From an uncultured Bacilli bacterium (GTDB lineage: Bacteria; Bacillota_I; Bacilli_A; RF39; UBA660): a stretch of DNA of 64,000 bases. Shown here one piece after another: positions 53,351-62,437 of the stretch. A program made the translations under genes and the position numbers. Under the pieces are notes generated by a model. The model was not told where the DNA came from and did not search any database. It saw only the letters and a program-made list of their open reading frames with translations. Position 1 is the stretch's first letter. The number at the start of each line of letters is the position of its first letter. The stretch lies in assembly GCA_947629235.1 (NCBI GenBank), contig CANRCX010000004.1, forward strand, positions 13,191-77,190. The letters are read 5' to 3'.

Positions 53351-53713
53351 ATGACAAAGTTAGATAATTTTAAAAAATTTGTCTCACATCATCCTGAATT
53401 TGTAGATTATGTAAAAAATAATAGAGTTTCTTGGCAAACTTTTTATGAACTTTATGATATTTATGGAGAAGATGATAAAATATGGGATAAATATATAAGT
53501 AGTGATATAAAAGATTCAATTAATATTAAAGGACTATTTAATACACTTAAAAATATTAATTTAGATTCTCTTGAAGAAAGTATTGGATCTATTCAAAAAG
53601 CAGTAGGTCTAGTAGAAGAATTAACTAAACCAAATGAAAAAGAAGAAGATAAGAATATAACTATTAAAGAAGAAAAAATAGATAAATTATATGGTGATGA
53701 GAATGCAGTATGA
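53351..53713 (+). CDS. YlbD-like protein
   Basis: FKKFVSHHPEFVDYVKNNRVSWQTFYELYDIYGEDDKIWDKY parallels the YlbD family N-terminus (from memory), and a YlbE-like gene follows it as in Bacillus. Confidence 0.45.
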   Translation: MTKLDNFKKFVSHHPEFVDYVKNNRVSWQTFYELYDIYGEDDKIWDKYISSDIKDSINIKGLFNTLKNINLDSLEESIGSIQKAVGLVEELTKPNEKEEDKNITIKEEKIDKLYGDENAV

Positions 53714-53927
53714 AGTATTAAATAAATTAAAAGAAAATGATAAATATTTAAAATTCTTAAGACAAAATTCTAATTGGTATAAAGAACTTAATAGAAATCC
53801 AAAATCTTATGATTTATTTGTTAAAAAAATGAAAGAAAAATATAAATTAAGAACTATTGATAAAGTTGATAATTTTGTTGATAGTGTAGATTTAATAACT
53901 AAAATAATTAGTGCTTCTAATGATTAA
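53691..53927 (+). CDS. YlbE-like protein
   Basis: LKFLRQNSNWYKELNRNPKSYDLF resembles the YlbE-like family (..fLR.nP.WYr.LsR.P..y..F). The alternative start is 53703. Confidence 0.45.
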   Translation: MVMRMQYEVLNKLKENDKYLKFLRQNSNWYKELNRNPKSYDLFVKKMKEKYKLRTIDKVDNFVDSVDLITKIISASND

Positions 53928-53941
53928 TTAGAAGTTTTTTT
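53914..53941 (+). terminator. intrinsic terminator
   Basis: CTTCTAAT (53914-21) pairs with ATTAGAAG (53927-34), then TTTTTT. Confidence 0.65.
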
Positions 53942-54065
53942 AATGAATATAATATGTAAAAATATGTAAAATAATTAATGAATATCTTGATATAAATATT
54001 TAATTTGATATAATGGTAGTAATGATAGGGATAACCTAGATGGAAAGGAAGAGTGAAATAGTTAA

Positions 54066-54521
54066 ATGAAAAAGAAAGGATTTACATTAGTAGAGTTATT
54101 AGCAGTTATCGCAATATTAGCAATTTTAGTAATCATAGCACTTCCAAATGTACTTGGAATGTTTAGACAAGCAAGAGAAAATACATTTGTAGAAGAAGTA
54201 CAAAAAATATATCAAGTAGCTACACAATCTTATATTACAAGTACAATGAATACAACAAGAACAGCTTGTTTCTCATCTGAAACTGGAGATACTCATCTTG
54301 ACTTAACTGGTAGAACTACATTACATTATTATGTAAAATTCAATAGTGAAGGAAAAGTTATTAATATCCAAGCATATGATGATTCTTATGAACTTAATAT
54401 CGGTACTAAAGATGCTGATAACGAAATAACAATTGAACAAATTGGCTCAAGTACTAGTGGTAAAGCTAATGTGACTAAACCTAGAGGAACTGGTACAATG
54501 TATACTTGTGCTACTAACTAA
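54066..54521 (+). CDS. type IV pilin / pseudopilin with prepilin-type N-terminal cleavage-methylation motif
   Basis: MKKKG|FTLVELLAVIAILAILVIIALPN is the canonical G-F-T-L-x-E class III signal. Confidence 0.8.
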   Translation: MKKKGFTLVELLAVIAILAILVIIALPNVLGMFRQARENTFVEEVQKIYQVATQSYITSTMNTTRTACFSSETGDTHLDLTGRTTLHYYVKFNSEGKVINIQAYDDSYELNIGTKDADNEITIEQIGSSTSGKANVTKPRGTGTMYTCATN

Positions 54522-54530
54522 TATGAAATT

Positions 54531-54560
54531 AAAAGACTTTAAAAAGTCTTTTTTATTTTG
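54531..54560 (+). terminator. intrinsic terminator
   Basis: AAAAGACT (54531-38) pairs with AGTCTTTT (54545-52), then TTATTTT. Confidence 0.6.
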
Positions 54561-54613
54561 TAATTGAAAAAATTTCATATAAATGGTAATATAATTATAA
54601 TAGAGGTGTAAAT

Positions 54614-55054
54614 ATGAATCATAAATTATCAATTGTATTTGAAATAATTACAATTATTATATTAGCTGCTTTACTAACTGTAATTATATATCCTAAATTA
54701 AATAGAACATCAAAAAATTCAAAAGTTGAAACTTTTGTAGCAGAAGTACAAAATATATATAGAGTAACTAAGACTCAAGAAAACAAACAAAGCGTTGTAT
54801 ATAATAATGGAGTTGGAGCATCTACTTCAAATAATACATGCAATAATCTTAATAATTTATTATTAAAGGATAAAAGTATTGTATATACAGTAACTCTTGA
54901 TTATTATGGTAATATTACTAATTTAGCTGTTAGTAATGGTGAATATGAATTTGTATATAAAGGTGAAGATTTAAAATTAGACGATATAACAGAGAGTTCT
55001 GCTAAAAATGCTAAAATTGGTAATTCGGAAATTAGTTTAAGTTTATGTGAATAG
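54614..55054 (+). CDS. pilin-like paralog with degenerate signal
   Basis: It shares TFVAEVQNIYRVT with TFVEEVQKIYQVA of the upstream pilin. Its hydrophobic N-terminal helix is SIVFEIITIIILAALLTVIIYP, but it has no Gly-Phe cleavage site. Confidence 0.45.
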   Translation: MNHKLSIVFEIITIIILAALLTVIIYPKLNRTSKNSKVETFVAEVQNIYRVTKTQENKQSVVYNNGVGASTSNNTCNNLNNLLLKDKSIVYTVTLDYYGNITNLAVSNGEYEFVYKGEDLKLDDITESSAKNAKIGNSEISLSLCE

Positions 55055-55101
55055 TATTTGATAAAACATAAGATTTATTTTATAATTATTTTGGTGATAT
55101 T

Positions 55102-55986
55102 ATGGAATTAATAATTGGAAGTCATGTAGGCTTTAGTAATAAAAAACAACTTCTTGGAAGTGTAGAAGAAGCACTTAGTTATAATGCAAATACATTTATG
55201 TTTTATACAGGTTCTACTCAAAGTACACAAAGAAGTGAATTAAATGATGAACTTACATATGAAGCATATAAATTAATGGTAGAAAATAATATAAATAGTT
55301 CTAATGTTATTGTACATGCTCCATATATAATAAATTTAGCAAATAGAAGTGATGAAAGTAAATTTATGTTTTATGTAAATTTCTTTAAAGATGAATTAAA
55401 TAGAGTAAAAAAACTTGGTTTTGATAAAATTGTTTTACATCCTGGAAGTGCAGTTAATTGTACAAAAGAAGAAGGTATTAAAAATATTATAGATGGACTT
55501 AATATGGTTATTAATGATACTACTGAAGTTAAAATATTACTTGAATTTATGGCAGGTAAAGGAAATGAACTTGGAAGTAGTATTGATGAATTAAAATCTA
55601 TTATAGAAGGTATTAATAATAAAGATAGAGTTGGTGTATGTTTAGATAGTTGTCATATGAATGATGCTGGAATTGATTTAAATAAATTTGATGAATTTCT
55701 AGATGAATTTGATAAAAAAATAGGAATTAATAAGATAGGGTGTTTTCATATAAATGATAGTATGAATCCAATTGCTTCACATAAAGATAGACATGCTAAT
55801 ATCGGTTTTGGTACTATTGGATTTGAAACGCTTAATAGTATTGTTTATAATTCTAGAATAAGTGGTATTCCATTTATATTAGAAACACCATATATTAATA
55901 GAAATCAAAGTAATGAGTATCCACCATATAAATATGAAATAGAAAATTTTAGAAACAAAAAGTTTATTGATTTTACTATTCAATAA
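55102..55986 (+). CDS. nfo: deoxyribonuclease IV (endonuclease IV)
   Basis: HAPYIINLA, LHPGS, LEFMAGKGNELG, CLDSCHMNDAG, HINDS, ILETP. Confidence 0.85.
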   Translation: MELIIGSHVGFSNKKQLLGSVEEALSYNANTFMFYTGSTQSTQRSELNDELTYEAYKLMVENNINSSNVIVHAPYIINLANRSDESKFMFYVNFFKDELNRVKKLGFDKIVLHPGSAVNCTKEEGIKNIIDGLNMVINDTTEVKILLEFMAGKGNELGSSIDELKSIIEGINNKDRVGVCLDSCHMNDAGIDLNKFDEFLDEFDKKIGINKIGCFHINDSMNPIASHKDRHANIGFGTIGFETLNSIVYNSRISGIPFILETPYINRNQSNEYPPYKYEIENFRNKKFIDFTIQ

Positions 55987-55987
55987 A
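55959..55987 (+). repeat. 29-bp direct repeat, copy 1 (covers the nfo stop)
   Basis: AAAGTTTATTGATTTTACTATTCAATAAA, identical to 57306-57334. Confidence 0.9.
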
Positions 55988-56058
55988 TTGCTTAAATATT
56001 GAATGATTATTAAGAATATATTATTTTAACGAAGTAGGATAAAAAGGGGAATATAAAA

Positions 56059-57301
56059 ATGAGAAAAAGTATGATTTATGTAATATCAACAATGTTAGTT
56101 ATAAATATATTATTATTCAGTGTTGGATTATACTTAAATAAAAGTGGCAATAATATAAATAATGATAATGCAAATAGTAATAATACAAATAATGAAAATA
56201 CAAATAGTAATAATACAAATAATGAAAATACAAATGTTGATGGAAAATGTATATAAATATGAGGAAGAAGAATTTGAATATGATTGCATAGCAAATGCAA
56301 ATAATGAAAATGAATTAAATGAAATTGATTATATAAATTATAATGCTTCACCTTATCAAATTTTTACCTTTGTAGTCTTTTTAATGAATAATAAAGACTA
56401 TGTTTTAGTAAATTATGATGAAGATGGTAAAATGATTTCAATTAAAAATATTGATGAATTTACTGAACAAGATTTTTCTTCATTAAAATTTGAAAATAGT
56501 AATTTAAATGAAATAGTAGATTTTAATTCTTATGTAAAGTATATAGAATTTAATAAAACAACAAATGTTGATGAAGAGACTTCAGATATAATGATATTAC
56601 TTGAAAATAATGATGAATATAAATCATATAAGGAAGAATATAAAATAAAAATAGAAAATAATAGTTTTTATGTAAATGATAAAAAAATAAGTATTAAAGA
56701 TAATAATGAAGAATTAAAAGTTAAAAAAGTTTACATTACTGGAACTACGGATGATTGCTTTGTATGGTCAAGAATTTTAGTACTTACTACAAATAATAAA
56801 TTATATTATTATAATTATTATACAAAAAAAATAAAAGAAATAAATCCTAGTTATAAATATACAGATGTATATGAAGTCGATTTTAAAGAATCAGATATGC
56901 CTATACTTGTTGCTAAAACAACTGATAATAAATATTATTCTTTAATTGATGACAAAATTTTTAACTATGCACATAAACATTATATTTATGATGAAAATGA
57001 TGAAGATATTATTTATGTTAATTTTGATGGTTCTATTGAAAATAGTGAGAATGTATCTTATAAAGCAAAAAATATTTATGGAAGTTTAGTACTTACTACT
57101 GAGAATAAATTATTTTCTCTTGATGATATTAAATTAATTAGTGATAAAGAAGTAAAAGAAATATATATAAAAAATGAAGATTCTCATTATTATTTAATCG
57201 TTGCAAAATTTACTGATGATACTATTTATGCAAGATATGATCCTTATTATAATTGGACAAAAGAATATTGTATTAATTGGTATGCAAATCTTGATAATTA
57301 A
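56059..57301 (+). pseudogene. membrane-anchored paralog-family protein split by a frameshift (ORFs 56059..56256 and 56162..57301)
   Basis: The first frame gives a signal anchor plus an Asn-rich linker and stops at 56254. The remaining 350 aa or so continue in the +1 frame with no RBS of their own. The intact paralogs (59696, 61494, 63413) carry both parts in one frame. Confidence 0.55.
56176..56235 (+). repeat. perfect 2 x 30-bp tandem repeat (SNNTNNENTN)
   Basis: agtaataatacaaataatgaaaatacaaat occurs twice, with a degenerate half-copy just upstream. Confidence 0.9.
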
Positions 57302-57305
57302 AAAT

Positions 57306-57338
57306 AAAGTTTATTGATTTTACTATTCAATAAACTTT
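57306..57338. terminator. bidirectional terminator; 57306-57334 is copy 2 of the 29-bp direct repeat
   Basis: The 12-bp stem AAAGTTTATTGA (57306-17) pairs with TCAATAAACTTT (57327-38). T-runs occur on both strands. The stop of the minus-strand 84-aa gene lies in the loop. Confidence 0.75.
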
Positions 57339-57577
57339 TTATATTCATTATATTTTTCAATAATTCTTTTATATAATTCTTCATTGAAATTTAGTTTATA
57401 ATTTGAAATATAACTCATAAAATTAGAATTTAGAATTTCATCTGCATCATTTTTAATCGCGTTATAAATCATATCAATTTCTTCATTACTAGCAGGGACA
57501 CATTCTTTTTGTAAATAAGCAACAATATCATCTCTTGTAATATTTTTAGCATATGATTTTATTAAATCTTTTTTCAT
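57323..57577 (-). CDS. small hypothetical protein
   Basis: 84 aa, helical and acidic, with an AGGAGGA RBS. Confidence 0.6.
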   Translation of the reverse strand: MKKDLIKSYAKNITRDDIVAYLQKECVPASNEEIDMIYNAIKNDADEILNSNFMSYISNYKLNFNEELYKRIIEKYNEYKKFIE

Positions 57578-57620
57578 TAAAAAAATCCTCCTACTAATAG
57601 TATATTAGTAAGAAGACTTT

Positions 57621-58853
57621 TTATTCATTTATTGAATTTATTGCATTTAATATAGCAATTCTTCCATATTCATATGTAAGAGAACCTTGTTGATATAAAA
57701 CATATGGACTTTTTAGTGGTCCATCACATGATAATTCTATTGAAGATCCTTGAGTGAATGATGGACTTGCCATAATTATTTTATCATCATATCCTGGCAT
57801 ATCACTTTCAGTTGGGGTAACATGTGCATCAATTGGTCCACTTGCTTGAATAGAAGAAGTGTATTTAATTAATTTATCTTTATCATTAAAATATATTAAT
57901 TCTACAATATCACATCTTTTTTCATTATATCTAGGACTTACTTTATATCCTAATTTTTCTAATACTTTACTTGTTAAAATAGATACTTTTAATGCAGAGG
58001 ATACAACACTTGGGGCTAAGTATAATCCAAGTAATATATTTCTATTAGCATCAAATGAAGGTCCAACTTCTTTTCCTTCACCTGGAAGAGTAAGCCTTTG
58101 TGCACATAAATCAATTAGTTCTTTTTTACCAACGATATATGCTCCGTTATTTGCAATTCCAGCACCTAAATTTTTAATTAAAGATCCCACTATAATATCA
58201 GCACCAACATTTATAGGATTTTTAAGTTCAGTAAATTCACAATAACAATTATCTACAAATATAATTACATCTTTATTTATATTTTTAATAAATTTAATAA
58301 CTTTTTCTAACTTTTCAATATCAATTGAGTCTCTTAGAGAATATCCACGTGAACGTTGTATATGAATTACTTTGATATTATTTTTAAGTTCTTTTTTAAT
58401 ACTATCATAATCAAAATCATTATCTATTAAATCAATTTGTTTATAATTAACATTATAGCTTTTAAGAGAACTATTATTTTCTTTAATACCAATTACTTCA
58501 TGTAAAGTATCATATGGAGTACCTGTAATTGAAAGTAGGGTATCATTTGGTCTTAATAATGCAAATAAACATACAGTAATTGCATGACTTCCAGATATAA
58601 ATTGATTTCTAACAAGACCACTTTCAGCATCAAAAATATGAGCAAATATATTATCTAGTTTATCTCTTCCAGAGTCATTATACCCGTAACCCGTTGTTCC
58701 ATGTAAGTCACTTTCACTTACTTTTTCTTCATGTATTGCATCAATTACTTTTTTACTATAAAATCTATTTAATTCATCTACTTTTTTAAATTCATTTTTA
58801 ATTTCATTTTCACATTCAATTATAAATTCTTCATTATACACACTTACCACCAT
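57621..58853 (-). CDS. PLP-dependent methionine gamma-lyase-family protein (YnbB / aluminium-resistance type)
   Basis: GTTGYGYNDSGRDKLD, FISGSHAI, GTPYDTL and SLIKNLGAGIANNGAYIVG (PLP Lys) are characteristic of the YnbB family. Confidence 0.8.
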   Translation of the reverse strand: MVVSVYNEEFIIECENEIKNEFKKVDELNRFYSKKVIDAIHEEKVSESDLHGTTGYGYNDSGRDKLDNIFAHIFDAESGLVRNQFISGSHAITVCLFALLRPNDTLLSITGTPYDTLHEVIGIKENNSSLKSYNVNYKQIDLIDNDFDYDSIKKELKNNIKVIHIQRSRGYSLRDSIDIEKLEKVIKFIKNINKDVIIFVDNCYCEFTELKNPINVGADIIVGSLIKNLGAGIANNGAYIVGKKELIDLCAQRLTLPGEGKEVGPSFDANRNILLGLYLAPSVVSSALKVSILTSKVLEKLGYKVSPRYNEKRCDIVELIYFNDKDKLIKYTSSIQASGPIDAHVTPTESDMPGYDDKIIMASPSFTQGSSIELSCDGPLKSPYVLYQQGSLTYEYGRIAILNAINSINE

Positions 58854-59574
58854 CTATCTTTATAATACTATCATTTATGTAGTTTGCCTTATCACTTGCA
58901 AGAAAATATACAAGTTCTGCAATTTCATTTGGTTCTGCAAATCTTTTAAGTAATATTTTTTCAATTTCTTTTTCTTTAAATTCATTATCCATATTTTTAT
59001 TCATAGGAGTATTAATCCATCCAGGACATACACAATTTACATTAACATATGGACTATAATGATTAGCAAGATTATGAGTAAGATTAATAACACCAGCTTT
59101 AGATGCATCATAATCTAAACTATATTCATAATAACTATCAATTCCATTAGTAGATGCAATATTAATAATTTTACCATTTTTATGTTCATACATTAAATTT
59201 CCAAATAATCTACTAATATTAAATGTTCCATATAAATTTACTTCAAGTATTTTCATAAAATTTTCTTTTGTTTTATCATCAAATGCAGTATCAATTGAAA
59301 TACCTGCATTATTTACAAGAACATCAAGTGAACCAAATTCATGAATTATATCATCATACATCTTTTTAGATTCATTTTCATTAGTAATATCACATTTAAT
59401 ACAAAGACATTTTACATTATATTTTTTTTCTATTTTTTCTTTTAACTCAAAAGCTTCTTTTTCATCTTTAACATAATTAATTATAGTATTATAATTATGA
59501 CTTGCAAAAACTTCTATAATAGAAGAACCAAGTCCTATACTAGAACCTGTTACTAATACAGTTTTATTATTCAT
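58834..59574 (-). CDS. short-chain dehydrogenase/reductase
   Basis: MNNKTVLVTGSSIGLG (start at 59574 preferred), NNAG, S...YDASK and PGWINTPM. Confidence 0.8.
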   Translation of the reverse strand: MNNKTVLVTGSSIGLGSSIIEVFASHNYNTIINYVKDEKEAFELKEKIEKKYNVKCLCIKCDITNENESKKMYDDIIHEFGSLDVLVNNAGISIDTAFDDKTKENFMKILEVNLYGTFNISRLFGNLMYEHKNGKIINIASTNGIDSYYEYSLDYDASKAGVINLTHNLANHYSPYVNVNCVCPGWINTPMNKNMDNEFKEKEIEKILLKRFAEPNEIAELVYFLASDKANYINDSIIKIDGGKCV

Positions 59575-59695
59575 ATACTCATCCCTTTTTTCTAACATAT
59601 TTTATCATTTAATAAATAAAATGTAAACTTGGAATTCACAGATTGACTATCAACATATTATATTATATTATTAATAGTAGGAAGGTAAGGTAAAA

Positions 59696-61273
59696 ATGAA
59701 AAATAAAAAAGTATTAATTATAACAATTGTTTTGTTAATATTATGTATAACTGCAAGTGTACTTGGATATTACTATAGTATTAATAAAACTGATAGTAAT
59801 AAAGGAGAAAATAATACTCCAAATAACACACCATCAGATAGTGAACTAGAAGAATATTTTAATAAAATAGGTAAAAAATATGATAATATTTTTACTTTAG
59901 AAAATAATGAATTATCACAATTTGAATTTAATGAAGAAACAAAAAAACTATTTATGGATAATTTAATATTAGGAGATTTGCAATATACTGATTTTGGTGA
60001 TGATCCTGAATATAGTAAATATACAATATATAATAATAATGCAACAAAAGATATAATAAAAAATTGGTTATTTGTATATGTGGTAAAAGATCAAAATATA
60101 AATGAAGCATGTTTCTCAAAAGAATTATTAACTAATGCATATAAAAATATATTTGATAATGAAAATGTTGAAATTGATAAAATATTTAATGAAAATGAAC
60201 TAACAAATAATTATATTTGTTATAGTAAGAAGGAAAGCGATATAAAAGAATATAAAAGTTTACAAATAAAATATAGTGATGGAGAATTAGATAATTCATA
60301 TTATGAGATTATAGATAATTCAGGAAAAACAATTGATATAGAAATGGATATTGGAAAATATGTTAATTGCATAAGTATTTTTCAAGAAGCTGAATATAAT
60401 AAGGACAATGAAATAAAAAATTTAATAAATAAATATGTAAAAGATAGAGAATTTGATAAATCTGAAATAGTAGAATGGATTGGTGAATCACATATACACT
60501 TTTTAAAGGGAAATGACACTTATGATCTTGGAAATGGAGAAGAAAAAAATGTTATAACTTTAAATAATGGTAAAATGATTGTCGAATTAAAAGATAAAAA
60601 AGTAACAGTTCCAATTAATAATATAAAAGAAGTAATACTTGATGGAAAAGATAAGTCTTATGAATTAAGAGGTAATCATTTCTATATTTTAACTGAAGAA
60701 GGAGAAGTATATTATTATGATTCAATAGGTGAAGGAGAAATCACAGATGATAATGGTAAAACTAAAAATATAACTTTAGAAGAATCAGTAAAGAATTATA
60801 AAAAAATAAAGGTAGATAAAAAAGTAAAAAATTTTGTATTTAAAAGAGTAGAATCAGATTATAATATGGAAAATGAAACTTTGAAAAGAGAAATTTTGAT
60901 GGAAATATTATTTAAATTAGAAGATGATACATTATATTCAATTAAAAATAATAAAGTAGTAGATTATTTGTTAGATTCTAAATATGATAAAACTACCTTT
61001 TATGAAAATGGAGATGTAGCAATTAATAATAAAAAAATAAAATATAAATATAAATCATTTCTTAATATAGAACATTTTAAAATGTATGGAGGACAAGATT
61101 ATTTTATAACTGAAGATGATTATTTATATGATGTTGAAAATAATAAATTAGTAAATAATAGTAAGATTGATAAAATTTATGTATCTAGTATAGGTGATCA
61201 ATTATATGAATATACATATTTAATAGTTTTTAAAAATAAAGAACTTGCAACAGTAACTATAGTTAACATATAA
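59696..61273 (+). CDS. membrane-anchored paralog-family protein (long form)
   Basis: Signal anchor. The N-terminal domain is about half identical by eye to the partial gene at 63413: SELEEYFNKIGKKYDNIF, NWLFVYVVKDQNINEACFSKELLTNAYKNIF, YICYSKKESDIKEYK. The C-terminal part has repeated ...ILTEEGEVYYYD-type motifs. Confidence 0.7.
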   Translation: MKNKKVLIITIVLLILCITASVLGYYYSINKTDSNKGENNTPNNTPSDSELEEYFNKIGKKYDNIFTLENNELSQFEFNEETKKLFMDNLILGDLQYTDFGDDPEYSKYTIYNNNATKDIIKNWLFVYVVKDQNINEACFSKELLTNAYKNIFDNENVEIDKIFNENELTNNYICYSKKESDIKEYKSLQIKYSDGELDNSYYEIIDNSGKTIDIEMDIGKYVNCISIFQEAEYNKDNEIKNLINKYVKDREFDKSEIVEWIGESHIHFLKGNDTYDLGNGEEKNVITLNNGKMIVELKDKKVTVPINNIKEVILDGKDKSYELRGNHFYILTEEGEVYYYDSIGEGEITDDNGKTKNITLEESVKNYKKIKVDKKVKNFVFKRVESDYNMENETLKREILMEILFKLEDDTLYSIKNNKVVDYLLDSKYDKTTFYENGDVAINNKKIKYKYKSFLNIEHFKMYGGQDYFITEDDYLYDVENNKLVNNSKIDKIYVSSIGDQLYEYTYLIVFKNKELATVTIVNI

Positions 61274-61302
61274 TAAAATTATATATATATATATATTAAA
61301 AT

Positions 61303-61347
61303 GGAGATAAAATATTAAAATTGAATTGATTTTTATCTCTTTTTTTT
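61303..61347 (+). terminator. intrinsic terminator
   Basis: GGAGATAAAA (61303-12), an 18-nt loop, TTTTATCTCT (61331-40), then TTTTTTT. Confidence 0.55.
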
Positions 61348-61350
61348 AAC

Positions 61351-61449
61351 CTAGAACCTATTATTAATACAGATTTATTATTCATATAATCATATATTTT
61401 TTCTAACATATTTTATCAGTTAATAAATTAAATGTAAACTTGAAATTCT
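61351..61449. repeat. about 100-bp duplicate of 59540-59637 (SDR gene 5' end plus divergent promoter region)
   Basis: ctagaacctattattaatacagatttattattcatataatcat...ttttctaacatattttatcagttaataaattaaatgtaaactt aligns with ctagaacctgttactaatacagttttattattcatatactcat...ttttctaacatattttatcatttaataaataaaatgtaaactt. Confidence 0.8.
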
Positions 61450-61493
61450 GTAATATATATTATATAATCTTAAATAGAATAGGAGAGTTGTAT

Positions 61494-62375
61494 ATGAAAA
61501 ATAAGAAAATAATAATAGTAATAGGCATAGTATTAATTTTAGTTGTTTGTTTTGTAGGTTATTATATTCATTTAAATAGTAATAGTATGGAAAAATCTCT
61601 TGAAAAAGATGGCTACACTATGTTAGACATAGACAAACTAGAAACTAAATTAGAATTTACTGGAGAATTAAGAGAATTTAATATTAATGATAATGATAAT
61701 TCTTTAAGAACAATTAATACTCAAGGTGAAGAAACTTTATATGAAGGAGCTAAAATTAAATTAGCAAATGGAAAAGTTACAATGATTTTTGGTGATAATG
61801 AAGAAAGTGTACCTATAGCTGATGTATCAAAAGTATATATAAGTAATATAGCTTGCTTTAACTATGTTACAATATATTTATTAACTAATGATGGAACTTT
61901 ATATGTTTTTGATCAAAAGAGAGATAGTAGCAAAATAGAAGATTATCAAATGGGAAATAGTGAATTTAATTTATATAATCAAGATTTAAAATACACTAAT
62001 ATTATAGAATGGAAAATAAGAGATGAAAAATGTGGATATACTGCTGAATTAGTTGGAATTACTGAAGATAATGAAAGATATCTAGCTGCTCTTGAAAAGA
62101 AATTTACTTATGTAAATAAATTAAACAATATATTGATAAATGAAAATAGAGATATAGATTATGCACCAATTCAAAATAAAAAATTTAAATATTTACTAGG
62201 ATACACAGAAGATAATAATGAATATATATTTTTAACTATGGATAAGTATTTATATTCAGCTACAACTTTTTATTATATATTAATAAATCAATCACCAGTT
62301 AAAAAAATATATAATAAAAATAATAAATATGTAATAATATTTGATAATAATGAAACAAAAGAATATAGTTTTTAA
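61494..62375 (+). CDS. membrane-anchored paralog-family protein (short form)
   Basis: ATG at 61494 follows AGGAGAG; the track start at 61440 lies in the duplicated promoter segment. It has a signal anchor and repeated motifs such as IYLLTNDGTLYVFD. Confidence 0.7.
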   Translation: MKNKKIIIVIGIVLILVVCFVGYYIHLNSNSMEKSLEKDGYTMLDIDKLETKLEFTGELREFNINDNDNSLRTINTQGEETLYEGAKIKLANGKVTMIFGDNEESVPIADVSKVYISNIACFNYVTIYLLTNDGTLYVFDQKRDSSKIEDYQMGNSEFNLYNQDLKYTNIIEWKIRDEKCGYTAELVGITEDNERYLAALEKKFTYVNKLNNILINENRDIDYAPIQNKKFKYLLGYTEDNNEYIFLTMDKYLYSATTFYYILINQSPVKKIYNKNNKYVIIFDNNETKEYSF

Positions 62376-62437
62376 TTAGTAGTAAAATAAAATATAATGT
62401 GTTATAATAGTCAATACTTTATTTAGGGGTATATAGT

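Noticed and set aside
61281-61296. The (AT)8 microsatellite as a phase-variation switch.
   Set aside because: It lies downstream of a stop codon and upstream of a terminator, not in a promoter spacer or a coding region. It is mentioned only as a duplication-junction feature.
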